Source: an uncultured Spirochaetota bacterium (GTDB taxonomy: Bacteria > Spirochaetota > Spirochaetia > SZUA-6 > Fen-1364). Taken from it: a stretch of DNA of 64,000 nucleotides. Shown in pieces: positions 32,601 to 44,600 of the stretch (its first letter is position 1; each line of letters begins with the position of its first letter). The notes under the pieces were generated by a model. That model did no database searches. It was given only the letters and a program-made list of their open reading frames with translations, and was not told the origin of the DNA. The position numbers and the translations under genes were made by a program. Location of the stretch: the NCBI GenBank assembly GCA_963734545.1, contig CAVTHO010000010.1, positions 64,001-128,000 on the forward strand, written 5' to 3'.

Positions 32601-35600
32601 TGTCCGTGTCGGGATGGTACTTGCCCGGCCAGTCCAGGTCTGCCACGTGGAAGTCAATGCCCTCGATGAAGTACTCCCGGAACCGGTTCGATTCCGCGAC
32701 GCCCGCCCAGTCTGACCAATACCCATCCTGGACGAGCCGGGTTTCTATGGAGGCGAACTCGCTGCCGACTTTCACGTCGTCAAAGCCCGTCTGCTCCGTC
32801 GTGAGGGTGGGGACCCAGTGGACGACCGGGCGCAGGATGTACCCGGCCTCCACCATCCGGTATCCCGTCACCACGTCCTTGTAGACGAGCTCGTAGGTCA
32901 CGTAGGGAGGAGCGAAGGAGAGATCTGCATTCATCGTGTCGTCATATGCCAGGAGGGACACGACGCCCGGGGCCTGCAGGGTGATGTTTCCGCTGAGCGT
33001 TCCTGGCCCGTAGCCGGCGGCGATCTTTCCTTCCTGGGAAACCACGATGCTCCCGTCAGCCTCGCTCTCCCCGGCCTGAACGGTCACATCACCCGCCGAA
33101 AGAATTTCACCCTGCACCAGTACATCGCTTCCGGCATGGAGGGTGACGGCGCCCCCCGCTTCCCCGACGGAAATGGTGCCGTACACCCCGATGTTCCGGC
33201 CGGTGAGCGTCACGTCCGCCCCTGCGGCAATCAGCGCGCGGAAGTAGTAGATGAGGCTCCGGGCGATGTAGATGCTGCCTTCCCCTTCTTCCGCACCGGA
33301 AGCTGTCAGGGAGACCGAAGAGCCGGATCCGCGGGCGATGACCACGCTCTCATCCAGCGCCCACACGTTGGTTCCGGTGACGGCAACCGCATGATGGGCG
33401 TTGGCCAGGGCGTCGCCCCTGAAATAGATCTCGGCGTCGCTCTCCAGGATGACGTCCTGCACGTCCACGGCAGGCAGGGACGTGGTCTCGTCCAGGTGCA
33501 CGCGTCCCACCATTCCGAGAAGCTCGAGATCCCCCGCGCCATCGATCGTGATTGTTCCGCCCTGTCCCGTGTTGAGGAGGCCGCCGCTCTTCCGCTCCGG
33601 CAGGCCTGCCACGACAAAGCCGGTTGTGGCCTTTGGCGCGAGGCCCGGCTGCGCGATGCCGTCCTTGAGGCTCCCGTCTTCATTGATGAGGGAGCCATAC
33701 TGGTTGATCCGATTGCCCCCCTGATCGAGGCGCAGACCGTCTTCCCCGATGACAAAGCCGGCTTCATCGAGGAGCTGGCCCGCCGCGTCCACCCGGTAGA
33801 AGCGGCCGCTGGCCTTCTTCTCCATTCTGTGTCCGAGCTTGTCCACGAATTGGAGGGCGTGTGCGCTGTCGTGGGTGATATAGACGGGCGTGGCCCCCAG
33901 GACCGGGTTTCCGCCGGTGCCCTCGACCAGGACAGGCAATCCATCCGCATCGACCACCACCCGGCCCTCCGCGTCGGTGGCGATGAGGAAGCCGGAATCG
34001 TTGATGAGCTGACCGTTGGCGTCAACCGTGAAGTCGCCCCAGGACCCGGCCGTGGTCTGTACCCGCAGGGTCTCCGTCACGTTGAGAAGCTTTGTCAGCA
34101 GCACGCTCACGGGCGATACCGAGCCGGCGTCAGCCCCGGTCAGGTGGAGATTGTGTCCCGCCTCGACGAACCCGCTGATTTCCAGAAGACCATGGCCGGA
34201 GCCGATCGTCACGTCCGAACCAGGATCCAGGGACTGGATGATCCCCTTGATCACGGCGCCGTCTCCGACGGCCAGGGTGACTCCGCTGGGCGAGCCGCCG
34301 GCCAGGACTTCCGTCCTGATAAAGCTCTTCTCGTTCAGGGAGAAGAATGGCGCCGTGCCGCCGGTCACCGTGATGGACACCAGGCCTGTTGCCTGGGCTG
34401 ACCCTCCCCACGCCAGCGCTTCTCCCGCCGCGGCGGCGTCTCCGTTGACCACGTCCAGGTCCGTGGAGGTCACGACCCCGCCAAAAGTAACCAGGTCGGA
34501 AGCGACGATGGTTATTCCGGCGCTGCCGGCGGTCCAGCTCAGGGCAGGCTCTTCTCCCAGATACGTCCTGCCCCGCTCGGCCCCCGCGATAAGCCCGCCC
34601 AGAACATCAACGTAGTCGGCTTCAAGACGAATCACGCCGCCGCCCAGGCGGGTCCTCACTTCGCCGGCCCGGGCCACGAGGATCCCGCCGTTCCCGGCAA
34701 TCAAGGCCACCCCGCTGGACGCGACGATCGAGGCTCCCAGCGGGTATGTCGCCCCGGGAGGAAGTGCCGGATGGCTTTCATCCGCCGTGCCCGTGGCGCC
34801 GGCGACCGTGATGGCGTCCGACAGGATCCGCACGTTCTCCCCGGCAGCGGAGAGGAAGGTCCGGTTCTCCGTCAGGAACTCGAAGGTCTCCACGCCGCCG
34901 GCCTCGATGTTCCCCTGGATAAGGACCCCGGTGGGTGCGGTGATGAGGAGAGAGCCCAGGGCGTCCAGGTCTCCGGTGGCGGAAATGGAAACGGAATCCC
35001 GGGCAGCAAGGACAACTTCGAAGTTGTCGGCGGTTGGATCACCGGCCGGTTCAGGGGCTGTGACGCCGGCGTTCTTCAGCACACCGGAAATGTCCAGGTT
35101 CTCCGCTGTCAGCACGATCCGGCCGTTGGTCTCGATCCAGCCGGATTCTTCGGTGACCGCGATGTCCGCGTGCAGGGAGGTGATCCGCACGTCGCCGTTC
35201 ATCCGGGGCTCGTCGTTCTGCAGGGAGCCGATGGGGCCGTCGACGATGACGTGATTGTATCCAACAATCTCAATGGCTTGAGAGCTCGACGCCGGTCCCG
35301 TCGTCTTCAGATACCCCGTCGGGTTGAGGACGACGCTGTTCCCGCTCGCGCCGGAACCCGCCGCAAGCCCGGCTTCGATGTGGACATTCCGATCGGCCTT
35401 GATCCGGCCGCTGATGGTCAGGGTGTCATTGGCGGTCAGGATGACGTCGCCCTCAGCACCACCGGCCGTGAGATCTCCCTTCAGCTCCCCGGTGTCCCCG
35501 AAATCGAGGACGATGGGCCCGTCCACCGTCTGGAGGAGGCTCGACCAATCCAGGTCCAGGAACGTCGCCGGCCCCTTCACCATGGAGATCTGGTGGTTCG

Positions 35601-38600
35601 ACAGGACAGACCCGGCGATGTACAGGGTGCCCACCGGGTTCTCCGGCGTTCCGAACTGGACCTCGGATCCGGCCGCGGCGGCGATGATGTTGAACGGCCG
35701 CGATGGAACGGCCACGGCTCCGCCTGCCACGGCGTCCAGGCCCAGGAGCTCGGCATGATGGCTCTGGAAGCCTGCCCCGCCGGACGGGTTGGCCGCTGAA
35801 GGCAGCACCTTGAACAGGTACTGGCTGGTCAGCAGGATCTTCCCGTTCTTCAGCTTCACCCTGATCAGGGGATCGGCGGCCCCGCCCGTGGTGACCGGGT
35901 CGTCGGCGAAATACCCCGGCTCCAGGGCGGTCCCGTCGAGAGCGTAGTAGTCGGCGCTGTTGAGCGCGTTCTGGATGTCCATGAGAAGGTCCATGATCCG
36001 GCCGTTGGAGTAGTTGTCAGTCGTCGCGGCCGCGGGAATTGTCACCTGGCCGACGATCTTCCTTTCCCCGAGGCTGATGAAGATGACGAGCGTCACGTCC
36101 TCGGGCAGCACGCCGGTGTTGGACGACCTGTTGGCGAGGATCGTGTCGTTGGGCATGCTCGTGAGGCCCAGGAGGTCTTCATGGACCGAGCTGTACTCGA
36201 TCTTGAACACTTCGCCGGACACGAAGGCTATTGAGCCGCCCATTTCGACCGCGCGGATTTCGGCCGGCATCACGTCGTTTACATCCGCCACCAGGTCGGC
36301 CAGGGTCGAATTGTCCGCGGCTGCCGCCGCCGGCACGGTGACCGTGTACTCGGAGGGGATCGTGCCCAGCACCCGCAGATCGAGGACTACGTCCCCGGCC
36401 AGCCCGCGGCTGGGAGGCAGGACGGCTTCCGCGGCCACGACCTGCAGCGGAACCGAGAGAACCGCGGAGACATCCGTCCCCGGTGCAGCGGCCATGCCCA
36501 GCTGTCCTGCCTCGAGGGAGTCGTCACCGATGACGGAGAAGGCCCGATTGCCCGTGAGCAGCAGCCGGTCGCCGCTGTTCCCCACCACGATGAGCTGGCC
36601 GGCGTAGGAGCCGGTGGGCACTCCGTCGTGGAACACAGGGGCCGCCACGAAAGCGGTCTCGATGTCCAGCAGGAGGTCCGCCCGTCCGGCGTTCGTGGCA
36701 GTGTCGGCCTGCCGGACGATGACAGTGGCCGTGAACCATCCGCCCGCCCCGTCATCCACCGCCAGGGCCAGCGTCACGTCTGCCGTGAGGATACCGGACG
36801 CGGGGAGGTCGGTCGTGCCGGTTATCTCGAAGCCCGGCGTCTCCAATCCTGAAGTCTTGATGCCTGCCGTGAAGCCGAGCTGGTCCAGGTGATCGACGAG
36901 CTCCACGGTCAGATGGAACACGCGCGAGCCGACGAGCACCACGACGCCGCGCCGATCCTGGGCCGTGATGTAGTCCCCGAAGTATTCACCGGAGAGGCCG
37001 GGCACCGGCGTGGCTGCCAGGGCATCGTTCAAGTCGCGCACCAGGTCGGCGATCCCGGCGTTTGCCGTGGTGCCTGACTGGGTCCCGTCCGTGGCCCCCT
37101 GCAGAACGATTACATCGCCGCCGAACGTTCCACCCATGCCGTCGTCGAAAGTGAGCTCCATTGTCAGGTCCGCCGAAAGCCTGCCGTTCACCATGCTGTT
37201 CAACGGGATGATCCTCTGGGTCGGCGGGGGCCGGACGGCCAGTTCTTCCGTCACACCGGCAAGCTCGGTCAGCCCGAGGAGATGACCATTCACCGAATCC
37301 CCGACCAGTGCGAAGGCCCGGGCGCTCGATATCACCAGCGTCCCGGCCTCGTTCAGGGCGGAAATCTCCTTGAACCCGCCGCGGATAAAGGCGAGGTTGA
37401 GATCAGCCACGAGGTCGTCCAGCCCGGCGTTGTCCCGCGTCTCGTCCCGGGAGAGAACCACCCGGCCCGTCGCCACTCCCTGGCGCTCGCCGGTCACGGG
37501 ATCCGCGGCCGGCAGGTCGGGATCCAGGGTCTTCGGGTCATCGTTGGGATCCACATTGGACATGACGATTGAAAGCTCCACGTTGTCCGGCAGGACGCCG
37601 GTCGTGGACAGCGGATCGTGGGGGACAACGTCGAAGATGGACGGATCCCTCACGGACTGCGAAACGCCGCCGGCAGCCGCGAGGGAAAGGCCGAGGAGGT
37701 CCGCGTTCTCCGACAGAGGATTGATCGCGATATCGAGGGTTGCGCTGGCAAGCACGAGGGTTCCGCTCACGTACCTTGCCGTGATGTCCAGGCCGGCAGC
37801 CTGGAGGGCGCGGGTGATGTCGGCTGCCAGGTCATCGAGCCCGGTATTGGCCGTCCCGTTCGTTCCGTCCGTGTCCCGGCGGCTGATTGCCACCAACGAG
37901 GAAATCATCACGTCAGCCGAATCCACGGTGGTGATGCTGAGCGTGACGTCCTGGGCCAGGATGCCTGTCGTGGGAACGGGCCGGGCGCCGACGAGCTCGT
38001 GGACGGACGGCGCCCTCGCCGAATCGAGCGCCGCGCCGCCCGAGACAGTGGTGAACCCCAGGAGGCCGGCCGAAACGGACGTGTTCTCGATTGTGAAGTC
38101 GTACAGGCTCGAGAACACTATCCTGTTTCCTTCCAGAGTCGCCCGGATATCACCGAAGCCGGCCAGGAGGAGATCTGCGTTGACGTCGAGGAGGAGGTCG
38201 GCAGCCCCGGTACGGGCCCCGTCCGAGGCTATGATGAAGGACCCTGAAGACGACTCGCCCAGCCGGTTGATGGCAAGCGCGAGTGTCACGTCGCCTCCAA
38301 GGATCCCGGTAGCCAGGACCCCCGAGTCCAGCTCGGTGTCGGCGACCACCCGGGCGTCATGGAAGAGCTCCACGGCCTCCAGGTCCTCGCCGGGGGTGAA
38401 GCCCATGAGGGCCACGTTCCGGGAAGCGCGCTTGATCTTGAAGGCGGAATCGCCGGTCAGGACGATCTTCCCGTCACGTATTCCTGCCGACACGTAGTGG
38501 CTGAAATGCAGTCCCTCCGTCTCGTAGCGGGGAATGAGAGTCGAGGCCAGGGCGTCGTTCACGTCCGAAGCCAGCTCGGGCAGCGTGGTATTGTCCGTGG

Positions 38601-41600
38601 TTGCCGCGGCCGGAACGACCACGGCGCCCAGGAGCACGTCCTCCAGGTCCGTGGCCTCGATGCGGATCACCAGCGTCACGTCGCGGACGAGCTGTCCCGT
38701 CACGGGCGCCGCGCTTTCAGCTTCCAGGATGGCCTCGTAGCGGGTCTCCGCGGTTTCCCACTCGTAGCGCATGCCCAGGAGATTCACGTTCTGGGAGGTC
38801 TTCTCGATCTCGAACTGGTACCCGAGACTCGTGAACACGAGCTTCCCGGCACGCAGCACGGCGTTGATCGGGGCAAAAGGACCGGCGTCCAGGGCGGCGT
38901 TGACATCGTCCACGAGGTCGTCCAGTCCCGCATTGTCCAGGGTCGAGGCCGCGGTGATGAGCACGGACGGAGCATCGACGACTGTTCCGCCGGCATCTTC
39001 CATGCGAATGTCCAGGGTCACGTCGGCCGCGAGCCGGCCGCCGGTGGGCAGCGGCTCGTCAGCTTCGATCTCCGCCGGCAAATAGTAGATGACCGAGCTC
39101 AGGACCGGCGCCAATCCCAGGAGGTCCAGGTTCCGCGAGCTCGGGAGGATTGCGAAGTCGTACGGAGCGTCAATGAGGATGCTGCGTCCCAGCCAGCTGA
39201 CATCCAGGTCGCCGAAGGATGCGCTGGCGTCCAGGAGACCGTTGATGTGCACGATGATCCCCACATCGGGCGCGACGGGGTATTCCGTCCGCACATCCAT
39301 GCCGGGGATGAGCACCGTTGCCGTGGTTTCGACCCCGTCCACGCGCTTCCACAGATCGAGCGTGACCGGCACCGGCAGGACGCCGCCCAGCAGGAAATCG
39401 CTCTCGCCGACGATTCGGGCCAGGGGACCCTTCACCCAGGTGTCTGGCTCGATTTCATAGAAGTGAGTCGGTGTCAGCACCTTGATGGGATCCGGCCCGC
39501 TCAGGACCACCCGGCCGTTCTCCCCCCAGGTCTCCACGAGGGCGGACCCGTATATCAGGACGCTCACGTTCGTGAAGTTGAAGGGATCCGCGGGGTCCCC
39601 TTCCGCAGGGTCATCACCGCCGGTGAGCTCGATCAATCCGCCCGCCCGGACCACGGTGCCGATCCTGACCTGGTGCCCCGCCGCAATGCGGATGGCCGTG
39701 TGGGAAGCGGCGGTCCCGAAATCGAGCAGCTCGGACCCGATGTAGCCCCCGGTCTCTGAGTCGCGGATATTCCTGACCTCGCCGCCTGCAATCAGGTGAC
39801 CCTCGATTTCGGCGTCGTTCACCGCGACGATCGATATCAGGCTGTAGTCCCGGCGGGTCGTGATCTCGCTTGCGCCCTGGATCCGGACCCCGATTTCTCC
39901 TGCAATGAAGGGATGCGCGGCCGTATCCACGTTTCGAAGCTCGATATTGTCCTTGGCAGTGATGTAGCCGCCCGTGACCAGGATGTCGCCGAAGAGGGAG
40001 TAGAGCGCCTGGATCTCGTAGCGGGAGGAGCCGGGCAGGGTTTCATTGGCCTCCAGCTCCCCGCCTGCCAGCCCAAGAAGATCCTGGTGAACGGAGTCAG
40101 CGGTGATGGCGAAAGGATTCTCGGCCACGAACACCAGCCGGCTGTTGCGGATCTGGATGTCGATGACCCCGCCCGCCATTCCGGACAGGGCAGCAGAAAG
40201 CTGGTCACGCAGCTGCGCGAGTGAGGCGTTGTTTTTCGTCTGCGCCTTGGTGAGAGTGATGGATCCGAGCAGGGTCCCCTCCCCATCCTGGAAGAACAAT
40301 GTCACGTCTTCAGCAAGCTGGACCTGGCTCCTCATGTTCCGGGTCCACCCGCCGATGAACACCTGCCCCGGAGACTCGATCCTGACGTCGCCGCCCACGC
40401 TCGTGTCGAAGTCCACCGACTCCTTGATGAGGTTTCCTTCCGCGTCCAGGAGAAGGGACTTGCTGGCGCCGGAGTAGATGTGCCCCATCATCTCGACGCC
40501 GCTCTCGCCGTAGAGGGAGACCAGGCCGTGGGACCCGTCGGAGGTCCGACCCGCCGAGGTGATCCCGCCCGCCGTATTGATGATGACGCTGACCCGGCCG
40601 CCCTCCGAGCCCAGGCTCACGTCATCCGGCCCGGCAGCTCCGCCCGTCACGGTCACCGAATCGCTGGCCAGGAGCCCGGAATCCAGGTACACCTGCTCGC
40701 CGGCAGCGACCACGATGTCCGAATCCGTCCCGGACCAGATGACGCCGCAGGGGCCGATGGAGCCGCCCGCCACGACCGTGCCGAAGATATCAACGTCTTT
40801 GGCGCCCCAGATATGCACGTCGCTCCCGTTCTGGAATGAGGTGATGACGGCTGTGGCTTCCACCAGGACGCTGCTGACCAGGTCAAGGTCGAGGTCCCGG
40901 GTTTCTCCCCGGCCGTACACGTTGATGCCGTCCTCCACCTCGACAAATGAGGTGGCGAACTTCACCCGCTGGCCGGAATCGATCAGCAGGCCGGCGCCCT
41001 TCCCGCGAACGAAGATGCTTCCCTCGATGATGATGTCGTCGGGGCCCTCCAGCCGGAGCAGGCTGTTGTCGGCCAGGGACATCAACTGGCCGGTCAGGTG
41101 GATGCTGGCGCTCACCGGGTCGCGGTCGTTCCAGTCCTGGTCCACCGCGCCCCGCAGGTCCATGACGTCGCTGGAGGTGATGGCGCCGTAGATGCGCAGC
41201 TCGTGCGGTGTCCGGATGACCACGTCGGCACCGGGACCGGTCAGGGCCTTGACCCCTCCCTGCCACTCGACGCCGGCCAGGATCTCCCCATTGATGTAGA
41301 CCGCCTCGGGCGCCTCGATGTGGATCAGGCTCTCGGCGTCCCGGGAGGAAATGACCCCGGCGATCTGGACGAGCTCGAAGAAGGTGCCGGGAAGGATCGT
41401 GATCCGGGCGTTCTCGCCGCGCACGATGGTGTGGCCTTCCAGCACCACGGAGTTTTTCGTGATGATCTCGATGACGCCGCCGTCGAGCAAGGTCTCGATC
41501 GTGCCGGCGACGCCCTGGATGACGTTGTTGAGCCTGCGCGTGTCGTCCTCCACGCTGCTCATCATGGGAGAGACGTACGATTCACCGTCGCCCTGGATGT

Positions 41601-44600
41601 TGACGTAAATGCTGCCGTTGGTCCTCAGCCATCCGTCGACGATCATGCGGTTGCGGACGCCGTCCAGAACCAGCAGGTCGCCCGTGATCCCCGAATCTGT
41701 GCCGCCCAGGGGGTTGTTGATGTTCTTGGACTTGATGTGGAGCCGGTCGGTGTTGACCTCGAGCGTGACGGGGGGCTGGCCGGGCGTGGCGCAGGCCTGC
41801 ACCTCGCCTTCGATATAGATCCGCCGTGCGTTGAGGATCACGTCGTCCCGGAAGGAGGAATCGCGCACCCGCGGCCGGCCGTCGTACTTGACGACCGCTG
41901 CGTTCATGGCGTCACCGAAGGTCATCCTCTCCGTGGGGTTCAGGGCCAGCGGGTCCGCGTAGTCCTCGCCGATGGTGATGAGGGTGAACCCTTCCTTGAT
42001 GGCGGACAGGTCCCGGGTGGAGAGGTGGACCGTGTTGGCGAAGAGGCTGCCGTCGTTGTTGTATGTGGCCTCCAGTCCCTCGCCGGTGAAATTGCCGCCC
42101 ACGTGCGCGGGGAAGTTCGTGAAGCCGGGATAGGTGTCGTGGATATAGGTCCAGTCGTTCCCCAGCTCGTGCTCGGCAGCAGTCCCGAGGATGAAGTCGG
42201 TAGCCTGCATGGCCTTGAGGAACAGCCGGCCCGTCCCGATCACGCCGCCGCGCGCCCGAGCCGGGTCAGGGTCACGCTCATACGGGGCGCTCAGGAAGTC
42301 GAAATCGTCCGCGGTCAGGGTGATGTCCATCCCCGGCGCCCGGGTGATGATGCTCCCCGTGTGCAGCGTCAGCCGCGCCCCCACGCCGTTCAATGTGACC
42401 GTGATGATCCCGTGGGCGCTGGAAAGCCCCGCAGGGTTGAGCGCCGGGACATCCGCCACGGGCACGCCATAGACAACGAGACTGTCGGTTTCCTCGATGA
42501 CGATCTCGCTGCCGGCAACGGCTCCCTCATCGCGAGTGAACACGGTGATGCCGGCAACCGTCGTGATGATTGTGTTCACGCTGCCGGTCGAATAGTTGAG
42601 GATGTCGTCCGCCGCAATGATGAGGTGCGTGCCCGCGCCCAGGAACCTCATGTTGTTCCGCATATACAGGGAGCCTTCGGCCACCAGCTTGATGGTCCCC
42701 CCGCCCAGGTTGTCCGAGTTGTCTCCCGAACCGGAGGTGATGTCGGCCCGCAGATCGATGTCCGAGGGCAGGGCATTGTTGGCTGTGTGGATATCGAGCC
42801 GGCCGTTGTTGATCGCGTTGATCGGGACCGTGACCACCAGGCCGCTCACCCTGATGATCCAGTCAAGGTCGTGCGCGTCGATGCGGTGCGCGATGGTGCC
42901 CGCGGCGTCCGCGACGCCGTTCACGACCGTGGCGCTCGTGCCGACGCTGTCAGCCGTGATGTCGAAGTCACCCGTGGCGTGGACCGTTCCGTTCAGGATC
43001 ACGTCCTCTACAGCGGTGAACACGAAGCTGTCTCCGTCCAGCCGGGGCTCGACGGTCAGGTTCCGCGCGGTCACCACGAGATCCGTGGCCCCCATCACGA
43101 CCCCGGCAGGGCCGTTGGTGGAAACGATGGTCAGGTCGCGCAGGTGGGTGGTGGTCACGCCTGCCGCATCGATTTCGGACTCCTCCACCGGCAGCGTGAC
43201 CTGCTCCAGGCCGTCGGTGAACTGGATGATCTCGCGGCCGCTCACGATCTCGTGGTCGTTGAACTCGAGAATGTCCGGAAGCGTGTCATTCGGCTGGATC
43301 CCGGGGATGTTCCGCAGTATCAGCTCGTCGAAGGCCGTGTCGTTGTCCAGGAGCCGGATCGTGCCGTCTGCCTTGGTGGAGGTCTGACGGCCGAGCTCGA
43401 AGGTGATGGTCGAGGCTCCGCCTGCGTCCTCGATCTCGATGACCCGCTCCGGCGGCTCCTTGATGGTGACGATGTCGTTTCCCGTTCCCAGGACAATCCG
43501 GGTCACGTTCGAGCGCCCGGCCTTGAGCTCGACCCCGGCGGTTGCGACGGTGATTCCGGTCTTGTTGATCTGGACCGTCAAGCCCGTGGTCACTGCCGAG
43601 AAGTCGAGGACGGTAACGCCCTGGGCGTCGCGGAAGGTGTCCTCCCCGAAATCCGTGGCAAAGACATACGTATCGGCCCCGTCACCGCCGCTCAAGGAGT
43701 CGACGCCGGAGCCTCCGTCCAGGATGTCGTCCCCGCCCAGGCTGGTGAGCCGGTCGTCACCCGCGCCGCCGCTCATGGTGTTGTTCCCGGCTCCTCCGGT
43801 CAACCTGTCGTTGCCGGGACCGCCGTCCAGTGTCATGTCTCCCGTGGTGCCGGCGCCCAGCCCGGCCAGGGTGTCATCCCCGGGGCCGCCGATCAGGATT
43901 CCGCCTGCGTTCCCCGCGGTGAGCTTGTCGCTGCCTTCCCCGCCGTCGAACTCGACCGACACTCCCACCAGGCCAGACGCGTTGAACACGTCGTCACCCG
44001 CGCCGCCGTCCGCGATGACCTTGGTGAAGCTGCCGGTGCCGCTCTCCGGGAAACGGTGGCTCCATTCGCCGTACTCCACGGTGATGGCACTGGCATCCCC
44101 GGTCACTGTGAACTTCTCGCCGCCGTCCGTGGTATCCAGGTACTCGCGATCACCTGCCCGCTTGCCGGTATGGAGAATCAGGGTCCCGGCCTCCTCATGC
44201 GCCAGCACCGGCTGGACCTTGGGCGCCTTGTATTCCCATTCCGCCAGGGTGATGTCGAAGATCTCCCAGTCCACCACGCGCTTCATGATCTTGCCGACGA
44301 ACGGGATGGACACTCCCACGTCCACGAACACGTAGGCTTCGAAGTACGCGCGGCCGTGCAGGTTGAAGAGGTTCAGGAGCCCTCCGGGGGCGTCGTAGCC
44401 GGTGTAGTTCCACATGGTGATGAGCTCGGACACGCGGATCTTGCCGTCGTCGTTGATGTCCTGGAGGTCCAGGCCCGCCTCGAAGCCGATGTCCCCGCCC
44501 AGGCCCGCCTCCACGACGAGCGCCCAGATGGAGGCCTCCACGCCGATCTCGATGCCGAAGGTGAGCTCGTCCTTTTCCTTGCCCTTGTTGTCGCCGCTCA

